NCBI GenBank assembly: GCA_039029335.1 | Contig: JBCCGJ010000001.1 | Span: 1-60,668 of the forward strand | From: Actinomycetota bacterium | Lineage (GTDB): Bacteria > Actinomycetota > Acidimicrobiia > Acidimicrobiales > SZUA-35 | Direction: 5' to 3' | DNA length: 60,668 nucleotides | Part shown: positions 48,148-56,306 of the stretch, one piece after another | Layout: every line of letters begins with the position of its first letter | How positions within the stretch are numbered: the first letter of the stretch is position 1 | The notes under the pieces: generated by a model | What the model saw: the letters and a program-made list of their open reading frames with translations, nothing else | Told to the model about the DNA's origin: nothing | Databases searched by the model: none | Program-made: the position numbers and the translations under genes

Positions 48148-49645
48148 ACCGCTGGATCTTGCCGGTTGCGGTCTTTGGCAGATCGGAGACGATCTCGTAG
48201 CGCCTCGGGCGTTTGAACCCGGCGAGCCGGTCGCGGCAGAAGTCGGTGAGGGTGTTGGCCAGCGCCGAGGTGTCGGTGCCCTCCATCGGGATGACGTAGG
48301 CCACCGGTCGGAGAATCGCCTGTTCGTCCCGTTCGCCGACAATGGCCGCCTCCAGCACCGCATCGTGCTCGATCAGCACGCCCTCCACCTCAGCCGGTGA
48401 CACCCATTCACCCCCGACCCGGAGCATGTCGTCAACCCGCCCCATGTAGGTGTAGAACCCGTCCTCGTCCCGGTTGTACAGGTCCCCGGTCCGCATCCAC
48501 TCGCCGGCGAAGGTCGATTTGTTGGTGTCGGATCGGCACCAGTAGCCGGTGGTGACCGAGTCTCCCTTCACCAGAAGTTGGCCCGGTTCGCCGGCCGGTT
48601 GCGGATTGCCGTCCTCGTCCACCACCTGGACGTCGTATCCGGGCACCGGCACCCCGCTGGTCCCGGCCCTGGTGGCGGCCGGGCTGTTGGAGAGATAGAT
48701 GTGCAGCAGTTCGGTCGAGCCGATGCCGTCCAGGATCGTCACCCCGAACCGTTCCTTGAACCGATCGAACGTTTCGGCCGGCAGGGGTTCGGCGGCCGAC
48801 ACCCCGTAGCGGACAGACGCGAACGTGTCGTCGGCCAGGTCACTGGCGGTCAGCGCGGCGTAGAACGTCGGGATGCAGAAGAACAGCGTCGGGCGGTGGG
48901 TGGTAACGATGTCGGCCACCAGCTGTGGTGTTGGCGGCCTGGTCGGCTCCAGGATGGCAGTCGCACCGACGGCGAAGGGAAACGTCAACGAGTTACCGAG
49001 GCCGTAGGCGTGGAACATCGGACCGACGGAGAAGAACCGGTCCTCCGACGTGGTGCCCAGGATGTTTGCGGCATAGGTGTCGCAGGTGACTTTGATGTCC
49101 CCGTGGCGGTGGGCGGCCAGCTTCGGCTGCCCGGTGGAGCCGGAGGTGCACAGCCAGAACCCGGGGGACTCGAACCAGGTGTCGTAGGCGCCGGCATCTC
49201 CGCCTTCGCCCGCCGCCTGGAACCGCTCCCACGCAGCACCGTCGGTAAGGAGCACCTCGGTCAGCTCGGGCGCACCCGCCCGCAGATCGTCCACCCGATC
49301 CGCCTGAGCACCGGACACCACGGCAAGCCGAGCCCGGGCGTCTGCGGCGATTACCGCCAGATCGCGCCCGGGCAGAAGCGGGTTCATCGCCACCGGTACG
49401 GCACCGATCCGCATCGCACCGAGGAACGTGGCGACGAACTCCATCGAGTCGAGCATCGCCAGGGCCACCCGCTCCTCGGGCCGCAACCCCCACGCCCGCA
49501 GCGCGGCCGCCATCCGGTGAACCTCGGTCCGGACCTCGGCGTAGGTGTAGGTCCGGTCCTGGCAGATCACCGCGGTCCGGTCCCCGTTGACGTCGTCGAC
49601 GTGGCGATCGACCAGCCACACCGCGGCGTTGAACGACTCGTGCAT
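48125..49645 (-). CDS. AMP-dependent aryl-CoA ligase (benzoate/4-hydroxybenzoate-CoA ligase family)
   Basis: N-terminal NAAVWLVDRHV... typical of benzoate-CoA ligases. AMP-binding box LCTSGSTGQPKLAAHRH, then YGLGN, TGD.Y..DEDGFYTY.GR.DDM and a C-terminal PKTATGKIQRFKLR. Confidence 0.85.
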   Translation of the reverse strand: MHESFNAAVWLVDRHVDDVNGDRTAVICQDRTYTYAEVRTEVHRMAAALRAWGLRPEERVALAMLDSMEFVATFLGAMRIGAVPVAMNPLLPGRDLAVIAADARARLAVVSGAQADRVDDLRAGAPELTEVLLTDGAAWERFQAAGEGGDAGAYDTWFESPGFWLCTSGSTGQPKLAAHRHGDIKVTCDTYAANILGTTSEDRFFSVGPMFHAYGLGNSLTFPFAVGATAILEPTRPPTPQLVADIVTTHRPTLFFCIPTFYAALTASDLADDTFASVRYGVSAAEPLPAETFDRFKERFGVTILDGIGSTELLHIYLSNSPAATRAGTSGVPVPGYDVQVVDEDGNPQPAGEPGQLLVKGDSVTTGYWCRSDTNKSTFAGEWMRTGDLYNRDEDGFYTYMGRVDDMLRVGGEWVSPAEVEGVLIEHDAVLEAAIVGERDEQAILRPVAYVIPMEGTDTSALANTLTDFCRDRLAGFKRPRRYEIVSDLPKTATGKIQRFKLRQSG

Positions 49646-49679
49646 GTTTACTCCCAGCCTTTGGTGAAACGTCCCGGCT

Positions 49680-50459
49680 TCACGGTGACCATCGATCGTC
49701 CATCTGGGCGATCAACCGAACAACCAGATCGGGGTCCTGATGATGCAGGAGATGGCCGACGCCGTCCAGCAGCAGGTACTCGGCGTTCTCGCCGATCGCC
49801 GCCGCCGTGTCGACCGCATGAGCCGATGCGGCGTACTCATCGTCGACCCCCTGGGCCACCACGGTGGGGCAGCTGACCGTTGCCAGCATCGGCCGGATGT
49901 CCCAGGTGCGGAACTCGTCGGACACCCAGACACCGCTCCACGCTTCGAACACCGCATCCGGATGGGGGTGGTCCCGTCCGAGACCCCGAACGATCGAGTC
50001 GGTGTTGGCTCGCATACCGACGATGCCGTCGAAGCAGGTCTGCTCAACCCAGCTGTGGGCGGCCAGGGTCAGCAGCCCCCGCATCCGGCCGCCTGCCGCG
50101 GCGTGGAGCAGGGCGATCGAGCCGCCGTCGGAATGGCCGACAACCAGAGGTTCCGGCACCAGGTCGAGCTTCGGCAAGAGCCGGCCGAACCTGGCCGCCT
50201 CCCGGTGCAGCCAATCCGCGGGCCACGGGCCCGTCGGGACGGGTGTCGAGTCCCCGTGGCCGGGCCGGTCGTAGGCCAGCACCGTCTTACCGGTCTTCGC
50301 AGCGACCTCGGCGGGGATGGACCGCCACTGGCGGATCGACCCCAGCCCGTCGTGGAGCAGGATGATGCCGGCGGTGCCGTCACCCCAGCGGGCGACCGTC
50401 ACGGCGCCGTCGTCGACCGGGACCGATTCGATGCTGGTCGGTTGTGGGGTGTCAGGCAC
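49680..50459 (-). CDS. Alpha/beta-fold hydrolase
   Basis: ILLHDGLGS (oxyanion-hole region), nucleophile elbow VVGHSDGGSIAL (GxSxG), and a C-terminal H in GVGHLLHHQDP. GTG start. Confidence 0.8.
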   Translation of the reverse strand: MPDTPQPTSIESVPVDDGAVTVARWGDGTAGIILLHDGLGSIRQWRSIPAEVAAKTGKTVLAYDRPGHGDSTPVPTGPWPADWLHREAARFGRLLPKLDLVPEPLVVGHSDGGSIALLHAAAGGRMRGLLTLAAHSWVEQTCFDGIVGMRANTDSIVRGLGRDHPHPDAVFEAWSGVWVSDEFRTWDIRPMLATVSCPTVVAQGVDDEYAASAHAVDTAAAIGENAEYLLLDGVGHLLHHQDPDLVVRLIAQMDDRWSP

Positions 50460-50475
50460 CCGACGAGAGTACCGC

Positions 50476-52350
50476 CTACCCCTTTGGTCGGACCAGGTAG
50501 GACTCGGTCACGGAATAGTGGCCGTCCTCGTGTTGCCAGTCGGTGCTGAACAACAGCATCTCGTTGCCGTTGCCGACGAAGTGGATGTGTTGACCGGCCA
50601 CGTCGAAGGGTTGCCAGTCGACGCCGTTTGCCGTGTAGAAGGTGATCGAGGTGTCCTCGGCGGGCTCCCCGGTCACCGGATCCCAACGGGGGCCGAAGGT
50701 GACAAACACCCCGAGGCTGGAGCCACGGACATCCCAGAGGTGACGGTCGCCGATGTCGGTGCCGTCGACGATGTCTCCGGGTGAGACGCTCTCCCACGGG
50801 CCATCACCCACACGTGTCTGCAGGTCCGGTGTCGGCTCGACCCACTCCTCCTCGGGCGCATTCTCCTCGAAGGCCATCTCGTCGTACCAGATCCGGAAGC
50901 CTCTATCCCCGACGACCGGGGCCATGTAGCCACCGTCGTTGTACCACCAGGGCTCGAAGACGTCATCGTCGGACTGCGGGTACGGGTGGAACTCCTCCCG
51001 CCAGGTCTCCCCGTCGGAGGTGATGAAGGCGGTTTCACCGTCCGGTTCCTCGATGACCTCGGTGTTGTAGTCGAATTCGTCATAGACCGAGATCACCAGT
51101 TGGCGGTCCCTGGCCTGGACGAACCCGGCCTGCTGATTCGGACCGAACGGCAGGTCGAGTTCCTGAAGGTTCGCACCGTCGAATCGGAACAGGCCGGCCC
51201 AGGGACTCCACTCCTCGGGCACCTCGATGCCGAGGCCCTCCCAGGTCTTGGTGACCGGCTCGGGAAGCTCGGGCAGGTCGCCTATGGTCAGCTGGTCGAC
51301 GTTATCGGGCACCGAGCAGCCGTTGGCTTCGATCTCCTCGGTGACCCATCCGAGTTCATCGGCCCGGATCTGCTCGAACTCCGCATCGCTCATCTCCTCG
51401 CCGTACTCACTGCGGTACAGGTCCATCTCGATCACCATCGGCAGAAGTTGCCCGAGGACGAAATCACAGCGATCGTCCCCGTCCAGCGGCACGTAGGTGA
51501 AACCGTTCCCGTCGACGTTGTACAGCGACATCGGGAAGAGTTCGATCCCGGCCGTCGCCGCCAGCTCCGTCGCCTGCTCGAAGTCGGCGTAGCCCCACCG
51601 GGAGGCGAAGACAAGAGGCTGATCGTCGGTGGCGAGGATGTGAACCTGGTCCACCTTGGGGAGGCCGTCCATGTTCTGCCAGTCCCACGACCGGCCGCGG
51701 TCCGTCGAGGTGCCGACCGCGGCCTGGTCGGTTGCGACGCCACCGGTGCTGACCACGTACAGCACACCCTCACGAACGTCGAAGTCGGAGACGAACCGAT
51801 CCTCGATGGTGGTGACCTCCCAGCCGGAGGACTCCTGGAAGATGTAGAAGGTGTTTGGCCGCATCAGCTCGAAGAATTCCTCATCCGAGCCGGTTTCCCA
51901 GTCGAACCGAACCCGTCCCGGGGCGGTGGACAGGAAGTAGTACACGTCGTTCTCGACGACCACCGGGCCGTTGCCGCTCGGGCTGAGATCGGAGGTGATG
52001 TCGGTGAAGTCCAGATCTGCGGATCCGGCAGTGCCGCCGTCTCCCGAACCGGTGCCCGAATCGCTTTCGCCGGAGGTGTCACCGGATGACTCATCCCCGT
52101 CGTCCGCCGCACCGTCATCGGTGTCCTCGGCTTCGCCGGCGGCGATCTCGGTGGTACCACCGTCGTCGTCCGACAGCATCCAGAACCCGGCACCGGCCAC
52201 GGCCACCAGCAACACGGCGGTCATGAACTGCACTACTTTTCCCGAACGTGGCGGGGTCGGATCCATGACCACCGACGGGTTGTCCGGTTCGATGCCGATT
52301 CGTCGGCCGCTTTCGGCCAGGTGATCCTTCAGACGCTGTTCGATGTCCAT
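50476..52350 (-). CDS. Single-pass membrane protein with an extracytoplasmic BNR/Asp-box beta-propeller-like domain; putative anti-sigma or sensor partner of the upstream ECF sigma factor
   Basis: I prefer the ATG at 52350, 5 nt after the sigma gene's stop. About 40-aa cytoplasmic N-terminus, then TM helix VVQFMTAVLLVAVAGAGFWML and an acidic linker. Asp-box motifs STDRGRSW and TSDGETW. No HxxxCxxC ZAS motif. Confidence 0.7.
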   Translation of the reverse strand: MDIEQRLKDHLAESGRRIGIEPDNPSVVMDPTPPRSGKVVQFMTAVLLVAVAGAGFWMLSDDDGGTTEIAAGEAEDTDDGAADDGDESSGDTSGESDSGTGSGDGGTAGSADLDFTDITSDLSPSGNGPVVVENDVYYFLSTAPGRVRFDWETGSDEEFFELMRPNTFYIFQESSGWEVTTIEDRFVSDFDVREGVLYVVSTGGVATDQAAVGTSTDRGRSWDWQNMDGLPKVDQVHILATDDQPLVFASRWGYADFEQATELAATAGIELFPMSLYNVDGNGFTYVPLDGDDRCDFVLGQLLPMVIEMDLYRSEYGEEMSDAEFEQIRADELGWVTEEIEANGCSVPDNVDQLTIGDLPELPEPVTKTWEGLGIEVPEEWSPWAGLFRFDGANLQELDLPFGPNQQAGFVQARDRQLVISVYDEFDYNTEVIEEPDGETAFITSDGETWREEFHPYPQSDDDVFEPWWYNDGGYMAPVVGDRGFRIWYDEMAFEENAPEEEWVEPTPDLQTRVGDGPWESVSPGDIVDGTDIGDRHLWDVRGSSLGVFVTFGPRWDPVTGEPAEDTSITFYTANGVDWQPFDVAGQHIHFVGNGNEMLLFSTDWQHEDGHYSVTESYLVRPKG

Positions 52351-52355
52351 CGGGG

Positions 52356-52871
52356 TCAGCCTTCCGTTCCTGCGGTGGGGGTGGATGTTTCCGGTTCCAG
52401 CTGGCAGCGAAGCTCGCTCAGGGCCTGGTGGAGTCTGCTCTTCACCGTGCCGGTCGGGATCTCCAGGGCGGCCGCGGTCTGTTTTGTCGACCAGTCCAGG
52501 TAGTAGCGGCACACCACGACGGCCCGGAGGCGGTGGTCCAGATGCCGGAGGGCGTCCCGGAGTGCGGGATCCGAGGTCTCCGGCAGTTCGGTCTGGGTGC
52601 GGTCCAACCAGGGCAGACGACGACCGGCCCGACGAAACCACGAACGACCCCAGTTGAGGCCGACCCGGTAGACCCAGCCCGCCGGGTTGTCGTGGCCGGA
52701 GACCGTGCCCCAACGCTGGAACGCCCGGGTCATCGCCTCGTCGGTTGCTTCGCGGCCCAGCTCGGCATCACCGAAGTTCATGGCCAGGGATGCGGCGATC
52801 TTCTGGTAGTGGATCGAGTAGAACTCTGCGAAGGAAGCGACAAAAACCGCTCCCGGGGCTTCATTGTCCAT
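52356..52871 (-). CDS. ECF (group 4) RNA polymerase sigma factor
   Basis: Region 2 (FYSIHYQKIAASLAMNFGDAELGREATDEAMTRAF...NPAGWVYRVGLNW) and region 4 HTH (STKQTAAALEIPTGTVKSRLHQA). I prefer the ATG at 52871 after GGGAGGG plus a 6-nt spacer. The longer ORF to 53006 has an atypically AT-rich third codon position. Confidence 0.85.
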   Translation of the reverse strand: MDNEAPGAVFVASFAEFYSIHYQKIAASLAMNFGDAELGREATDEAMTRAFQRWGTVSGHDNPAGWVYRVGLNWGRSWFRRAGRRLPWLDRTQTELPETSDPALRDALRHLDHRLRAVVVCRYYLDWSTKQTAAALEIPTGTVKSRLHQALSELRCQLEPETSTPTAGTEG

Positions 52872-52989
52872 GGTGCGCCCTCCCACCGACCGTTCGAGCA
52901 GGTCGACCGTCCGCCCGTTCGTCAGGATCTTATCATCCTGGATTCGGGCTCGGTCCTGGTTGCCAAGAGCGTCCTTCATTGCCCAATAA

Positions 52990-53014
52990 GACGTTCGAAC
53001 CAACACCTCGGTTC
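52990..53014 (-). promoter_or_regulatory. Candidate ECF-type autoregulated promoter (cCGAAC-N17-CGTC on the minus strand)
   Basis: Reverse complement of 52990-53014 reads GAAC cgaggtgttggttcgaa CGTC. This resembles the GGAAC-N16-18-CGT(T/C) ECF consensus, about 120 nt upstream of the sigma gene's ATG. It is a single weak match. Confidence 0.25.
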
Positions 53015-53057
53015 GGAATTACAAGCAAAAATCAGTTATCTTCGTCCCGGTCCGGGG

Positions 53058-55160
53058 TCAGGGGTCTTCCGCAAGGCGACGGAGTTCAGCAAGGTTCTGC
53101 TGCGGTTCCGGCCGATCGGGGGCAAGCCGGGCCGCCTCCTCCATGGCGGTGATGGCCGCGGGGAGGTCGCCGTCGATGGCCCTCGCCACGCCAAGTCGCT
53201 GCAGGTGTTCCGGGTGGAATGGCGCCCGCTCGACCAGCGCCTCGAGTGCCACCCTGGCCTCGGTGATCGCCGCATCCCGGGCCCGTCCCTCCGGGGTGGC
53301 CCTGGCGATGTCCAGCAGCAGCCTGCTCTCCTCGCCGAGCAACGCCGGGTCGGCAGGCGATCGCTCCAACCCGGATCGAACCAGGGCCAGCGCGCCGGCG
53401 AGGTCGCCCTCTGCCCTGGCGGCTCTGGCCCCGATGAACCGGTAACGGACGGAGTCCGGCCGTAGTCGAGCGGCGTCGGCCGCTGCCGCCCGCAACCCCT
53501 CGGGTATCGCGGCATCCGCCGCCTCGCCGTCGGCGGTCGCTTCGTCGGCGGTGGCCCGACCGATCAGGACGTTTGCCGCAACATCGAGGGCTGCACCGAT
53601 GGAGACCACCACCGCCAGCCCGAGGGCGAGGCCGGCTGCAACGGGACGCAGCTGCGACGCGGTGGTCGGCCACCGCAACGGCGCCCCGGTCGGCCGCGAT
53701 CGGCCGGCCAGAAGACCGACGAACAGCCACAGCAGGGGGTCCAGTTCGCTGAGCGGAAACAGGAACTGCTGCTGCACCAGGTACGCAACGATCCCGACCC
53801 CCAGCCCGATCCGAATCGGTTCCGACGATCGCATGGCGGAGAACGCCGACCGGCCGGCCAGCACAAGCAGCAGACCGAAGAGGACGGCACCGGGGACGCC
53901 GGTGGTGAGCGCCACGTCGAGCAGACCGTTGTGGGCTCGGTCGGTGATGACCTCCCACCCCCACTGCAGGACGTACCGATCATCGACGTGGCTGGTGAAC
54001 ACCGTTCGGTACCCCTCCGGGCCGTAACCGACCACCGGTGCCTCGGCCAACGCCCGGAGCCCGACCCGCCACTCGTCCAGTCGACCGGCGAGCCCGCCGT
54101 TGTCGCCGAAGGTGCCGGTGACCCGGTCCCGCAGCGCGGGAACCGCAAGCACCGCGACGACCAGGCCGACCATCACCGAAACGGCGGCTCGCGTCGGCAG
54201 TGAGGCGTCAGCCGTTCTGTCGGCCGGTGCCCCTTTGGCCGCCCGGTCGACATCGCCTCGGCGGGCCCGGCCCCGACCTGCGAGCACGTACACCGTCCCG
54301 GCCGCCAGGATCCCGACGATCGCGGCCCGGGACTGGGAGGCCAGCACCGCGGCCAGGCAGGCGGCTGCCCCAACGGTGCCGACGATCCGCCATCCGGTCC
54401 GCTCGGACCGTTCCCCGGCCAGTCCGGCGGCCACCGGCCCGGCCAGTACCGCCGCCGCCCCGAGAAACGCCGGCTGGCCGAACGGCCCACCGGCCCGACC
54501 ACCGGCAAACCGGACGTCGACCGCCGGCCACCACGGCCCACTCCCCACAACCGAGCCGAGCCACTCCAGTGCGGTGTACAAACCGAGCAACGCGCCGCCG
54601 ATGGCGACGCCCCGCACGATCCGCCGTCTGTCGGCTGCGCCCCGCCGCCGGGCCACCAGGTACAGCCCGCCGCACAGCAGCCACGTCACAAAACCGAACC
54701 GTCGCTCCGGCGTGCCGATCCAGGCGTGGAGTCCGTCAACGGCGAGGATCGAGCACAGCGCAGCCCAGCAGAGGAACACCGGCCACAACCCGGCCAGTGT
54801 CACCGATCGCTGCAACACGGGCACTCGGAACCAGGGGTCGGTGGGGGCCGCGGGCTCGGTCGGCCCGGTAGGGGAGTTGCGGGTCGCCGAACCTCCGGCT
54901 CCCAGCGACCGGGCGATGGCCCAGAAGCCCACCCCGGCGATGACCAGAAACCGGAGCGGCCCGAAGCGGTCCCAGCCGACCGGATCGACAACAACAAGTC
55001 CCAGGCAGGCCATACCGGCCAGCAGCCACCCGACACCGTCGGTGGCTCCGCCGAGCGGCGCGTCGGTGGCCGCGGCCGCCCCGGTCGGCCGGGGTGCTGC
55101 GGTTTCCCGGCTCGTTGGGGTCTGTCTGTTCCGGTCCGTCACCGTGGACAAGGATGACAC
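53058..55160 (-). CDS. O-antigen ligase (Wzy_C)-family polytopic membrane protein with a C-terminal TPR domain
   Basis: 700 aa with many TM helices. Contains DRAHNGLLDVALTTGVPGAVLFG (the HNxxL..E/TxG Wzy_C loop motif). The C-terminal roughly 200 aa consist of Ala/Leu/Arg-rich TPR-like helical repeats. GTG start. Confidence 0.75.
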   Translation of the reverse strand: MSSLSTVTDRNRQTPTSRETAAPRPTGAAAATDAPLGGATDGVGWLLAGMACLGLVVVDPVGWDRFGPLRFLVIAGVGFWAIARSLGAGGSATRNSPTGPTEPAAPTDPWFRVPVLQRSVTLAGLWPVFLCWAALCSILAVDGLHAWIGTPERRFGFVTWLLCGGLYLVARRRGAADRRRIVRGVAIGGALLGLYTALEWLGSVVGSGPWWPAVDVRFAGGRAGGPFGQPAFLGAAAVLAGPVAAGLAGERSERTGWRIVGTVGAAACLAAVLASQSRAAIVGILAAGTVYVLAGRGRARRGDVDRAAKGAPADRTADASLPTRAAVSVMVGLVVAVLAVPALRDRVTGTFGDNGGLAGRLDEWRVGLRALAEAPVVGYGPEGYRTVFTSHVDDRYVLQWGWEVITDRAHNGLLDVALTTGVPGAVLFGLLLVLAGRSAFSAMRSSEPIRIGLGVGIVAYLVQQQFLFPLSELDPLLWLFVGLLAGRSRPTGAPLRWPTTASQLRPVAAGLALGLAVVVSIGAALDVAANVLIGRATADEATADGEAADAAIPEGLRAAAADAARLRPDSVRYRFIGARAARAEGDLAGALALVRSGLERSPADPALLGEESRLLLDIARATPEGRARDAAITEARVALEALVERAPFHPEHLQRLGVARAIDGDLPAAITAMEEAARLAPDRPEPQQNLAELRRLAEDP

Positions 55161-55192
55161 AGCGAAACCCGCTGTTCTCGTAGGATGACCGG

Positions 55193-56230
55193 GTGGAGGC
55201 CAACCGGCGGCGGGCGCCAGAACGCGGAGAGGAACCGGGCGTTGACCTTGTCCTGCTGCCGGGGGAGGCCCGGGCGCCCCTCACCGCGGTCCTCCGCCGG
55301 GTTGGTTTTGCGGTGGGCCTTGTCGTTTTTGTCGCACTGGTGGTGCTCCTCGGCCGCTCCGGTTATGAGGATGTGAGCGGCGACGAGATCGGTTTTGTCG
55401 ACGCGCTCTATTACGCATCGGTCACCGTGACCACCACCGGCTACGGCGACATCACCGCCATCAGCAGCGGCGCCCGGCTGGCCACCATCTTCTTGATCAC
55501 CCCGGCCAGGATCCTGTTCCTGATCCTGGTTGTCGGTACAACCGTCGAGGTTCTGACCGAACAGTCCCGACGGCTGCTCACCACCAGACGCTGGAGGCGC
55601 CACGTGAACGACCACTATCTGATCTGTGGCTTCGGGGCCACCGGCCGCAGCGCCGCGGAGGACCTGATCAGCCGAGGGATCGACAAGGCGTCGATCGTGG
55701 CGGTCGACGCCGATCGGGACGCGGTCGACGAGGCCACCAAGGCCGGTTACGTTGCGATTCACGGCGACGCCACCCAACGGGCGGTCCTGCGTCAGGCGTC
55801 GATCGAGGATGCGCGATCGGTCATCGTGGCCCCGAACCGGGACGACACCGCGGTGCTGATCACCCTGACCGCCCGGGAGCTCAACCCCGAGGTGCACATC
55901 GTGGCCGGCGGGCGCGAGCAGGAGAACCTCCACCTGCTCCGCCAGGGCGGGGCCAACGAGGTGATCGACGCGACCGCCGCGGTCGGTCGGATGCTGGGGC
56001 TCGGCTGCCACGCCCCCGGTGCAGTGCAGGTTCTGGACGATCTGCTGGACGCCGGGACCGGCCTCGACCTCGTGGAGATCGGTCCGGACCTGTCCGGCGA
56101 TCAGCCGACGATCCCGGCCAGAGTGACCCTGGTGGCCGTCGTTCGCGACGGGGTGACCCTGCGGGCGGACGAGATCGCCGAGCGCCCCCTTCAGGCCACC
56201 GACCGCCTGGTGGTGCTCCGGGGCGCCTGA
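55193..56230 (+). CDS. Potassium channel with a cytoplasmic RCK/TrkA-N domain
   Basis: Selectivity filter VTVTTTGYGDI. Rossmann motif LICGFGATGRSAAEDL. GTG start, only 32 nt from the divergent gene, so both starts are uncertain. Confidence 0.9.
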   Translation: MEANRRRAPERGEEPGVDLVLLPGEARAPLTAVLRRVGFAVGLVVFVALVVLLGRSGYEDVSGDEIGFVDALYYASVTVTTTGYGDITAISSGARLATIFLITPARILFLILVVGTTVEVLTEQSRRLLTTRRWRRHVNDHYLICGFGATGRSAAEDLISRGIDKASIVAVDADRDAVDEATKAGYVAIHGDATQRAVLRQASIEDARSVIVAPNRDDTAVLITLTARELNPEVHIVAGGREQENLHLLRQGGANEVIDATAAVGRMLGLGCHAPGAVQVLDDLLDAGTGLDLVEIGPDLSGDQPTIPARVTLVAVVRDGVTLRADEIAERPLQATDRLVVLRGA

Positions 56231-56306
56231 CCGGGCAGGCCGGTGCGCAGCCGGCGGACCCGGAACGACCCGACCGTGCTGCGTCGTCCCGGGGCGCTGC
56301 TCCGCG

